From positions 1 through 27,820 of the forward strand of contig CADBSL010000076.1 in the NCBI GenBank assembly GCA_902797345.1: 27,820 nt of DNA, given 5' to 3'. Shown piece by piece: positions 15,955-23,775 of the stretch. Source of the stretch: an uncultured Eubacteriales bacterium (lineage in GTDB: Bacteria; Bacillota; Clostridia; Peptostreptococcales; Anaerovoracaceae). The stretch's first letter is position 1; each line of letters opens with the position of its first letter. Position numbers and translations under genes: made by a program. The notes below the pieces were generated by a model that was not told the DNA's origin, made no database searches, and saw only the letters and a list, made by a program, of their open reading frames with translations.

Positions 15955-17223
15955 TTGAAAATATATATCATTTATCTTATCGTGATCGCCATTCTGGTGG
16001 TGTTTTCCGGTTATTTCAGCGCTACCGAAACGGCCTTCACTTCACTCAACCGCATCAAAATCAAGAACATGACTCCAAGCCGGAGGACCCGGCTGGTGCT
16101 GAAACTGGACGATCAATACGATAAAGTTCTGTCCACCATCCTGATCGGAAACAACATCGTCAATATCGCCATGACCGCCATTGCCACGGTATTCTTCGTG
16201 AAACTATACGGCAGTATCGGTGCCACCTGGTCCACGATCATCATGACCATCATCGTTTTGATCTTCGGAGAGATCTCGCCCAAGAGCATCGCCAAGGAGG
16301 CGCCGGAGCGGTTCGCTTTATTTTCGGCCCCGTTGCTGCGGGTCTTTATCGTGATCTTAATGCCGCTGAATTTCTTCTTTACCCATTGGAAGAATCTCCT
16401 GACAAAGATCTTTCGGATCGAAGCCAACAAGGGCATCAGCGATGCGGAACTCCTGACCATCGTCGAAGAAGCGGAGACCGACGGGTTTATCGATGAAGAC
16501 CGATCCGAACTGATCCAAAATGCGATCGTTTTCAGCGATCTGGAAGCGGGAGACATCCTCACTCCCAGAGTGGACATCGTTGCGGTCAGCTCAGAGACCT
16601 CCAAAAAGGAGATCGCGGAGCTTTTCCGAAGCACCGGCTTCTCCCGGGTACCGGTCTATGAAGAAGGGCTGGACAATGTCATCGGCGTCCTGAATCAAAA
16701 GGACTTCCACAACTATCTCAACGGAACGGATGAGCCGATCCTGTCTTATGTGAAACCGGCGGCTTTCGCTCCAGGAACCATGAAGATCTCCCAACTCCTG
16801 AAAAAAATGCAGGAGATCAAGACCCATATCGCCATTATCGTTGACGAATACGGCGGAACAGAGGGCCTTCTTACCATGGAAGATATCATCGAAGAACTGG
16901 TGGGTGAGATCTATGACGAACACGATGCGGTGGACATCCAGGATTTCCTGAAGCTCCAGGACGGCAGCTGGAATGTTCTGTGTACCGCTCAGATCCATGA
17001 GTTTTTCGAGACGCTCCACCTGGACGAAGACATGGATGTTACCACGGTCAATGGATGGGTACTGGAACAGCTGGGTGCGATCCCGAAAGCAGGGGATCGT
17101 TTCACCTATGTTTGCGGGGATACGGAATTGAATGTCCGGGTGCTGAGAGCCGATTCCAAAAAAGCCATCGAAATCAACGTGTTTGTAAAAAAACTGCCCA
17201 AAGGAAAAGCCCTGAATGACTGA
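15955..17223 (+). CDS. HlyC/CorC (CNNM/DUF21 + CBS pair + CorC_HlyC) family membrane protein
   Basis: FSATETAF, LSTILIGNNIVNI, FGEISPKSIA, ILTPRVDI, GFSRVPVY and VDEYGGTEGLLTMEDIIEELVGEIYDEHD. TTG 15955 follows GGAGG. Confidence 0.93.
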   Translation: MKIYIIYLIVIAILVVFSGYFSATETAFTSLNRIKIKNMTPSRRTRLVLKLDDQYDKVLSTILIGNNIVNIAMTAIATVFFVKLYGSIGATWSTIIMTIIVLIFGEISPKSIAKEAPERFALFSAPLLRVFIVILMPLNFFFTHWKNLLTKIFRIEANKGISDAELLTIVEEAETDGFIDEDRSELIQNAIVFSDLEAGDILTPRVDIVAVSSETSKKEIAELFRSTGFSRVPVYEEGLDNVIGVLNQKDFHNYLNGTDEPILSYVKPAAFAPGTMKISQLLKKMQEIKTHIAIIVDEYGGTEGLLTMEDIIEELVGEIYDEHDAVDIQDFLKLQDGSWNVLCTAQIHEFFETLHLDEDMDVTTVNGWVLEQLGAIPKAGDRFTYVCGDTELNVRVLRADSKKAIEINVFVKKLPKGKALND

Positions 17224-17314
17224 ATATTACTGTTTTGTTTCAATATAGGAAAAAGCTTTACTGAAAATAAAAACCGTTATATGATAAAGAAAATTCGAAA
17301 GGAGTGGAATCATT

Positions 17315-17959
17315 ATGAAAAAGAAATTACTGATCCTGCTTTTGGTGATGGTGACCGGACTTTGTGCGGCCGGGTGCGGGCTCGCGGAAGAGGATACCTC
17401 TCAGGATGCCCAGCAGGCCGGGACACAGCAGTCTCAGGCGTCTGACCAGGAAAACCAGACTGTAGCCACCGGCGAAGAAACACAGGACGATCCGTCGAAG
17501 GAGGCAGGCGCCAGCCAGGCAGAAGTCAAGCTTTATTATATCAGCGCGGCCTATGTGTTCAACGGCAGCGATCCCGTCAACGGCGAACTGATGCCGCCGG
17601 TAACTGGCACCGTGGACCGGGGCAGTTACGATACGATCTACATGGCCACGGTTCAGGCCCTTCGGGCGTTGAACCCGATCCCTCAGGACCAGACTGACAA
17701 ATACTACTCCATGCTGAGAGACAGCTATAAGGTGAACAGTGTCACCGTGGATGACGGCATCGCCTACGTGGACTTTGCTTCCGAAGGCCTCACCGGCGGC
17801 GATCTGGATGAAGTTTTGCTGATCGATCAGATCGTCTATACTCTGTGTGATTCCTTTACGGAGATCGATGCGGTCAAATTCACTGTAGACGGACAAAATG
17901 CCCAGTCCCTGATGGGGAACGTGGACATTTCGGAACCGATCGTAGCGGATTATCTGTGA
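17315..17959 (+). CDS. GerMN-domain lipoprotein
   Basis: Signal peptide with lipobox ...CAAG-C, a low-complexity acidic/Gln linker, and C-terminal KVNSVTVDDGIAYVDF...LIDQIVYTL..FTEIDAVKFTVDG typical of GerMN. Confidence 0.85.
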   Translation: MKKKLLILLLVMVTGLCAAGCGLAEEDTSQDAQQAGTQQSQASDQENQTVATGEETQDDPSKEAGASQAEVKLYYISAAYVFNGSDPVNGELMPPVTGTVDRGSYDTIYMATVQALRALNPIPQDQTDKYYSMLRDSYKVNSVTVDDGIAYVDFASEGLTGGDLDEVLLIDQIVYTLCDSFTEIDAVKFTVDGQNAQSLMGNVDISEPIVADYL

Positions 17960-19360
17960 TCATAAACGCCAGACTTCAGCCAGTTTCTCCAGAGCCGGCC
18001 GGAGTTCTTCCAGCGGAATATCGGAATAATAGAAGATGAGGGTCGAGGGGCCCTCGTCTTTTTTTATGGTCCGGTAGCGATCCAGCGGGATCATCCGGAT
18101 GCCGATCCCGGATGCGAGCCGGCTCAGTGCTTCCGCATCCTTCGGCAGGCAGACTTCCAGGAGCATATTCAGCCCGGACTCCCGGCTCAGGACTTTGACT
18201 GTGTCACCAAAGATCTCCGGCAGCAGTGAACAGACCCGGGCGACTTTCTGGGAATAGAGGCTCCGGAGTTTTTTTACATGGGTCTGCAGGAGCCCTTTTT
18301 CGATATAGGCCGACAGGGCCAGCTGTTCCGTCTTGGAACAGGTTTGCGTGTGGTTTTCCAGCGCACCTGAAAGGTAGGGCTGCATCATCGGAGGCAGCAC
18401 CATGTAGCTGATCTTCAGGGAGGGGAAGAGCAGGGAAGAGAAGGAACCCAGGTAAAGCACCGAAGCCCGTTCCGACAGGGTTTTCAGCGGAGGGACCGGA
18501 CGTCCGAAATACCGCAGTTCGCTGGCATAATCGTCTTCGATGATGATCTTTCCCCGTTCCGCCGCGAACCGGATCAGCGCATTTCGCTGCCCGATGGGCA
18601 TAACTGTCCCCATGGGGAACTGGATGGAAGGAGAGACGCAGATCACATCCGGGTCGATTCCCCGGATCTCCTCCAGGGACACTCCGTTTTTGTGGATGGA
18701 GGCCGGATGGAGCTCAAACCCCCGATCCCGAAAAACGCTGACTGCCGGCAGATACCCCGGATCTTCATACGCCACCGCCTTACGTCCCATTCCCGACAGG
18801 ATGCTGCAGGCGATCCCGATGATGGCCTGGGTCCCGGCGGCGATGACGATTTGTTCCGGAACGCAGACGACGCCCCGGGTCATATACAGGTATTTGCAGA
18901 TCTGAGTCCGAAGCGAATACTCTCCCTGGGGAGAAGCTTCCAGGGTCAGCAGGTCCGTCTGCTCATTGAAAACATAATTCAGGCTTTTTTTCCACTTGAC
19001 AAAATCGAACAGAGCCGGGTCCCGGTAGCGGAAGGGTTCGGCGATGTCTTCCCCGGTGGTGATATGATCCTGAAGATAGGGGACGGAGTAGAGGGTGGTG
19101 GGGATGTTCTCTCCGGTCACGTCCACGAAGTAGCCGGACTTTTCCCGGCTGGTGATATATCCTTCCACCAGCAGCTGGTTATAGGCCAGGCTCACCGTTG
19201 TGATGCTGATCTTCAGGGAAGAGGCCAGTGCCCTCAGGGAAGGAAGCCGGGTCCCTTTCTGCAGCCTGCCGGAGGAGATCTCCTCCCGGATGTATTCGTA
19301 GAGCTGCTGGTATAGGGCTTTCCCGGATTCCGGATCCAGGATCGGTGTGATCGTATTCAT
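17960..19360 (-). CDS. MocR/GabR-family regulator (GntR wHTH + aminotransferase-like domain)
   Basis: LYQQLYEYI, LPSLRALA...SITTVSLAYNQL..EGYI, YEDPGY, SPSIQFPMG and IIEDDYASEL. SD AAGGAG. Confidence 0.93.
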   Translation of the reverse strand: MNTITPILDPESGKALYQQLYEYIREEISSGRLQKGTRLPSLRALASSLKISITTVSLAYNQLLVEGYITSREKSGYFVDVTGENIPTTLYSVPYLQDHITTGEDIAEPFRYRDPALFDFVKWKKSLNYVFNEQTDLLTLEASPQGEYSLRTQICKYLYMTRGVVCVPEQIVIAAGTQAIIGIACSILSGMGRKAVAYEDPGYLPAVSVFRDRGFELHPASIHKNGVSLEEIRGIDPDVICVSPSIQFPMGTVMPIGQRNALIRFAAERGKIIIEDDYASELRYFGRPVPPLKTLSERASVLYLGSFSSLLFPSLKISYMVLPPMMQPYLSGALENHTQTCSKTEQLALSAYIEKGLLQTHVKKLRSLYSQKVARVCSLLPEIFGDTVKVLSRESGLNMLLEVCLPKDAEALSRLASGIGIRMIPLDRYRTIKKDEGPSTLIFYYSDIPLEELRPALEKLAEVWRL

Positions 19361-19411
19361 TGTTTCTCCTTTATCTGTATATAAGAATTGGTTTGTATTT
19401 CTGTTTTTTTA

Positions 19412-19440
19412 AGTATACAATTCGGGCCTCCCCGCGTCAA
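19412..19440 (-). promoter_or_regulatory. sigmaA promoter for the MocR gene
   Basis: Minus strand TTGACG (19440-19435), 17 nt, TATACT (19417-19412). Confidence 0.65.
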
Positions 19441-19533
19441 TCCGTCAGGAAGAGGAAATCTCCGTGAAAAGAATAGCAGTGTCCGGAGGTTTTGTGTTAC
19501 AATAGAGCCAATCAATCAGCAAGGAGACGAAGG

Positions 19534-20061
19534 ATGGAAATGATCAAAGTCCGTTCAAAAATGACGGAAAAGAATCTGAAGAACTATTTGTTATTTGAGC
19601 AGTTTTACGGCAAACCCTACTACATCAAACTGCGGGCCCTGCTGGCGGTGGCGATCGGCGCCGCGGCCGGGATCTTCTCCAGTCAGCATCTCACGATGTT
19701 TCTGGTGATCACCGTGATCTGTCTCATCGTCCTGCTGTGGTTCCCGAAGATGAGGGTGGGGTTCAAAGCGCCGCAGATCTACCGCAGGAACCGGAGCGGC
19801 GCCTTCCACCAGGGACAGGATTTTGCCTTTGGAGAGACCCGGGTGGGATTCAAGGCGGAAGACGAAGCAGAATATGACTGGACACGATACGATGAATTGA
19901 ACCGGGTCATCGAAACGAAAACGATGCTGATCCTGGAGTTCACGCCTCAGCAAAGGGCCATCGTGGCGAAAAGCTGCATGGAAGACGAGGAGGCAGACCG
20001 GATCCGGCAGATGATACAGGAGTGCATCGGAGATCGATTCGTTCAGATCGATCGACTTTAA
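19534..20061 (+). CDS. YcxB-like membrane protein (2 TM + C-terminal soluble domain)
   Basis: Two hydrophobic helices followed by YDELNRVIETKTMLILEF...IVAKS, which resembles YcxB. ATG 19534 follows AAGGAG. Confidence 0.65.
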   Translation: MEMIKVRSKMTEKNLKNYLLFEQFYGKPYYIKLRALLAVAIGAAAGIFSSQHLTMFLVITVICLIVLLWFPKMRVGFKAPQIYRRNRSGAFHQGQDFAFGETRVGFKAEDEAEYDWTRYDELNRVIETKTMLILEFTPQQRAIVAKSCMEDEEADRIRQMIQECIGDRFVQIDRL

Positions 20062-20079
20062 CAGAAAGCGAGCAGAGAA

Positions 20080-20811
20080 ATGAAGACAGCATTAGTGACC
20101 GGAGGAGGCCGGGGGATCGGCGCCTCCATCTGTGAAAGGCTGGCCCGGGAAGGCTACCGGGTCTATATCAATTACAACGAGAGCGAAACGGCGGCCGGAA
20201 AGCTGGCAGATCGGCTGCTGGCGGAGGGTCTGGACGCGGAAGCGATCCGGGCTGACGTGACGGATGCGGAAGCGGTTCGGCGCATGATGGGGACGATCCT
20301 GGCGAAGAGCGGACGGATCGATCTGGTGGTGAACAATGCCGGGGTCTCCCACTATGGGATGATCCAGGATGTGACCGATGAGGAATGGGACCGGGTCTTT
20401 GATATCAACGTCAAGGGCACGTTCCACGTGTGCCGGGAAGCGGCCCGGGCCATGTACTGGAACCGGTCCGGCAGGATCATCAACATCGCCTCCATGTGGG
20501 GGATCTGCGGTGCTTCCTGTGAATCCGTCTATTCCGCGTCCAAGGCTGCTGTCATCGGATTCAGCAAATCCCTGGCGAAGGAATTCGGACCGGCAGGGAT
20601 CACCGTCAATTGCGTCGCACCCGGCGCCACGGATACAGATATGATGAAGGAACTGCCGAAGGAAGCTTCGGAGCTGCTGAAGGAGGAAACTCCTTTGGGC
20701 AGGATCGCCGACCCTTCCGAGATCGCCGGGATCGTGGCCTTTCTGGCCTCGGAGGATGCCGGCTTCGTCACCGGACAGGTGATCAGTCCGAACGGAGGCC
20801 TGGTGATATGA
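20080..20811 (+). CDS. ymfI: SDR-family oxidoreductase, YmfI/EfpI-like (EF-P 5-aminopentanone reductase clade) or FabG-like
   Basis: TGGGRGIG, NNAG and YSASK. IASMWGICGASCESVYS resembles the SSIWGETGASCEVLYS segment I recall for B. subtilis YmfI. Confidence 0.7.
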   Translation: MKTALVTGGGRGIGASICERLAREGYRVYINYNESETAAGKLADRLLAEGLDAEAIRADVTDAEAVRRMMGTILAKSGRIDLVVNNAGVSHYGMIQDVTDEEWDRVFDINVKGTFHVCREAARAMYWNRSGRIINIASMWGICGASCESVYSASKAAVIGFSKSLAKEFGPAGITVNCVAPGATDTDMMKELPKEASELLKEETPLGRIADPSEIAGIVAFLASEDAGFVTGQVISPNGGLVI

Positions 20812-22265
20812 TAAAGGAAACGGATGTTCTCATCATTGGAGCCGGGGCGGTGGGCTGCGCCATCGCCCGGGAGCTTTCCGTATATGGGCGGAGGATCACC
20901 GTGCTGGAAAAAGAAGCGGATGCCGGCTTCGGTGCCAGCGGCCGCAACAGCGGTGTCGTCCACGCAGGGTTCAATAACCCTTCCGGCTCTCTGAAAGCGG
21001 CGTTGTGCCGGGAAGGGAACCGGGGCTTTGAAAAGCTGGCGTCCGATCTGGGGATCGGGTTCCTCCGGACGGGGAAGCTGGTGGTCGGGAATACCGAAAG
21101 AGATCTGGAAAGCCTCACAAGGCTCAAAATACAGGGTGAGAGAAACGAAATCGACGAACTTGAGATTCTGGATGAGGAAGAGATCCGAAGGCGTGAGCCG
21201 GCGCTGAGAGGAAAATATGCCCTCTGGTCCGGAAGGACCGGGATCTTCGATCCCTTTGAATACACGCTTGCACTGGCGGAGGATGCCGCATCCGGCGGGG
21301 TCCGTTTTTTATTTGGGCACGAAGTGAAGTCCCTCCGCCGGGAGCAGGACGGGATCCGGGTCCTGGCGGAAACGTCAGCGGGCGATCCGGCGGAGTTCCT
21401 TTCCGGTATCGTCATCAATGCGGCGGGAGTCGGGAGCGCCCGGATCTTCCGGATGACCGGCAAAGACACTTACCGGGTCCTGCCCTGCCGGGGAGAGTAT
21501 CACCTGCTGGAGAAGGGCTCCTTCGGATCAATCGGCCGGCCGGTGTATCCGGTACCGGATCCGGAAAAGGGCGTTCTGGGGATCCACCTGACGCCGACCC
21601 TCCACGGGAATCTCATGATCGGTCCCAGCGCGGAATTCACGGAAGATCCGGAAGACATGGCCAACACCGCTCCGGTCATGGAGGAATTGCTGGCGGGTGC
21701 CCGGTATCTTCTGGGGGAGGACTGTTCGTTCAGACTCATCCGGAGCTTTTCCGGCATCCGCCCCAGGATCGTGGAAAAGGACGGGACCCCGGTGACGGAT
21801 TTTCGGATGGAAGAAGATCCGGATCTTCCGGGCATGATCCATCTCCTGGGGATCGAGTCCCCCGGGATCACCGCCTCTGTCCCCATCGCCAAACGGGTGG
21901 CAGGGATGCTCCGGGAAGACGGGTCCCAGCCGCAGGATCGGCTGCTGACGGAAAGAGATCGGAGCCGGTTCCCCCGGGTAAAAGAGGCGGCCGGCGGGAG
22001 GATGATCTGCCGGTGCGAGACCGTTACGGAAGGGGAGATCCTGCAGGCGGTGGAGAATGCCCGAAAGCTGGGGGCCCTGCCGACGATGAAAGGCATCAAA
22101 AACCGGTGCCGGGCTTCTATGGGCAGCTGCCAGGGGGGCTTCTGCACGCTGGATATCAGCCGCTTATTGAAGGATAAAGCCGGGATCCCCACCGACCGGC
22201 TGACCTACGACGGCCCCGGTAGCGAATTGTTTACGGGTGTCCTGAAAGGGGGCGAAGACCAATGA
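20808..22265 (+). CDS. FAD-dependent oxidoreductase (DAO/LhgO/GlpA-like) with C-terminal BFD-like [2Fe-2S] domain
   Basis: IIGAGAVG, SGRNSGVVHAG, KGVLGIHLTPT, GIESPGITAS, ICRCETV and GSCQGGFC. ATGA overlap with the SDR stop; the ORF-track start at 20610 is an in-frame extension. Confidence 0.88.
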   Translation: MIKETDVLIIGAGAVGCAIARELSVYGRRITVLEKEADAGFGASGRNSGVVHAGFNNPSGSLKAALCREGNRGFEKLASDLGIGFLRTGKLVVGNTERDLESLTRLKIQGERNEIDELEILDEEEIRRREPALRGKYALWSGRTGIFDPFEYTLALAEDAASGGVRFLFGHEVKSLRREQDGIRVLAETSAGDPAEFLSGIVINAAGVGSARIFRMTGKDTYRVLPCRGEYHLLEKGSFGSIGRPVYPVPDPEKGVLGIHLTPTLHGNLMIGPSAEFTEDPEDMANTAPVMEELLAGARYLLGEDCSFRLIRSFSGIRPRIVEKDGTPVTDFRMEEDPDLPGMIHLLGIESPGITASVPIAKRVAGMLREDGSQPQDRLLTERDRSRFPRVKEAAGGRMICRCETVTEGEILQAVENARKLGALPTMKGIKNRCRASMGSCQGGFCTLDISRLLKDKAGIPTDRLTYDGPGSELFTGVLKGGEDQ

Positions 22266-23608
22266 TCCGCAAGGAGGTCATTATCATCGGCGCCGGTCCC
22301 GCCGGGATGGCGGCGGCTGTCAAGCTGGAAAGCATGGGCTTTCGGGATCTTCTGGTGCTGGAAAAGGAAGAGCAGCCCGGCGGCGTGCTCCGTCAGTGCA
22401 TCCACCCGGGGTTCGGTCTGATCCGGTTCGGCCGGAACCTGACCGGACCGGAATACAGTCTGGAATACCGGAACCGGATGGAAGAGGCCGGTATCCCGGT
22501 CTGCTATGATACCACGGTCCTGAAGGTCAGAAAAGGCGAGGACGGCGGGATCATCATCACAGCAGCGGGGCCGGACGGAACGAAGGAATACTATTGTGAT
22601 GCGGCGATCCTGGCTTCCGGGTGCCGGGAGAGGAGCCGGGGCGCTCTGATGATCGCCGGGACCCGGCCGGCCGGGATCCTGACGGCGGGTACGGCCCAGG
22701 GGATGATGAACCTGCTGAACACCAAAGTGGGGGAGAGGATCGTCATCATCGGCTCCGGGGACATCGGGCTGATCATGGCCAGACGCTTCACCCTGGAAGG
22801 GAGCCGGGTCCTTTGCGTCGTGGAGAAAGAAGATGTCTGCGGCGGGCTCTCCCGGAACCGAAAAGAATGTCTGGATGATTTCGGCATCCCATTGGTGACC
22901 GGAGCACAGGTCGTCCGGATCTATGGGGAGAAAAGGGTCCGTTCCGTCACCATCCGGGAAGATGACGGTTTGGAAAGGACCGTAGAATGCGATACGGTGG
23001 TCCTTTCCGCAGGATTGATCCCGGAGGACGGATTTGTGGAAGGAGAGGTCCCGGGGCTTTTTTACTGCGGCAACGCTCTGTATGTCCACGATCTGGTGGA
23101 TGAAGTGTCGGAAAGCGGAGAGGAAGCCGCGATGGATGCGGCGGGGTTCCTCCTGTCCAGAGGATCCGGCAGAGAAACGTTTTCGCGATATGCTTCAGAG
23201 GAAGTGCCCCGGGTCCGTAAGGAACGCAGGGCTTACGTGGAAAGACGAAAGGAAGAAAAACGGCTGCACCGGGACGATCACCATTTCATCACCTGCATCA
23301 TCTGTCCCAACAGCTGCCGGATCGATCTGAGAGATCTCTCCGGCGGGCAGTGTCCCCGGGGAGAAGTGTATGCCCGAAACGAAAAGGAACATCCTTATCG
23401 GATCCTGACCACCACGGTGCTGACGGAAAAAGGAGAACCGGTCAGTGTGCGGACCGATGTCCCCATCCCCCTGGAAGAGCTGCAAAAAGGGGTGGAGACC
23501 CTTCAGCGATTTCGAGTGCCCGGTCCGGTGAAGACGGGTGAGATCCTGCTTCGGGATTTCATCTGCCCCGGAACGAATCTGGTGGCGACGAAAGGAAGCA
23601 CAGAGTAG
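22262..23608 (+). CDS. NAD(P)/FAD-dependent pyridine nucleotide-disulfide oxidoreductase fused to a C-terminal DUF1667 domain
   Basis: IIGAGPAG, GGVLRQCIHPGFG, ASGCRER, IIGSGDIGLIMARR and CGNALYVHDLVD. C-terminal CIICPNSC..CPRG..YA..E..P.RILTTTV..VSVRT matches DUF1667. Confidence 0.85.
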   Translation: MIRKEVIIIGAGPAGMAAAVKLESMGFRDLLVLEKEEQPGGVLRQCIHPGFGLIRFGRNLTGPEYSLEYRNRMEEAGIPVCYDTTVLKVRKGEDGGIIITAAGPDGTKEYYCDAAILASGCRERSRGALMIAGTRPAGILTAGTAQGMMNLLNTKVGERIVIIGSGDIGLIMARRFTLEGSRVLCVVEKEDVCGGLSRNRKECLDDFGIPLVTGAQVVRIYGEKRVRSVTIREDDGLERTVECDTVVLSAGLIPEDGFVEGEVPGLFYCGNALYVHDLVDEVSESGEEAAMDAAGFLLSRGSGRETFSRYASEEVPRVRKERRAYVERRKEEKRLHRDDHHFITCIICPNSCRIDLRDLSGGQCPRGEVYARNEKEHPYRILTTTVLTEKGEPVSVRTDVPIPLEELQKGVETLQRFRVPGPVKTGEILLRDFICPGTNLVATKGSTE

Positions 23609-23622
23609 ATCCATTCCCATTT

Positions 23623-23660
23623 AAAGACTGGAGATCAGTTGATTTCCAGTCTTTTTTCTT
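23623..23660 (+). terminator. Intrinsic terminator ending the oxidoreductase operon
   Basis: AAAGACTGGAGATC-AGTT-GATTTCCAGTCTTT followed by TTTCTT. Confidence 0.85.
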
Positions 23661-23717
23661 TTTCAATGACCGAATATGTCGGAAAACGTGAAAAAAATGC
23701 AAAATTAAAATTTATTG

Positions 23718-23752
23718 TTGCATTTGCAATTATATGCCTGTTAAAATATAGT
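23718..23752 (+). promoter_or_regulatory. Putative sigmaA promoter(s) of the Tad operon
   Basis: TTGCAA (23724-23729), 17 nt, TATAGT (23747-23752). Alternatively TTGCAT (23718-23723), 18 nt, TAAAAT (23742-23747). Confidence 0.55.
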
Positions 23753-23775
23753 AAATTCAAAAGGAGGTGTTGAAA

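Noticed and set aside
19361-19533. Riboswitch or ncRNA in the larger intergenic gaps (also 4515-4718, 5589-5715 and 23609-23775)
   Set aside because: I recognised no T-box, SAM, TPP, FMN or c-di-GMP core motifs, and the gaps are explained by promoters and terminators. An Rfam scan would be the decisive test.
20610-20807. 66-codon N-terminal extension of the FAD oxidoreductase in the ORF track (similarly starts at 1839, 13651, 15863, 15934, 19492 and 23767)
   Set aside because: These extensions overlap upstream genes, terminators or SD motifs. The downstream starts have proper SD spacing or ATGA coupling and match the family N-termini.
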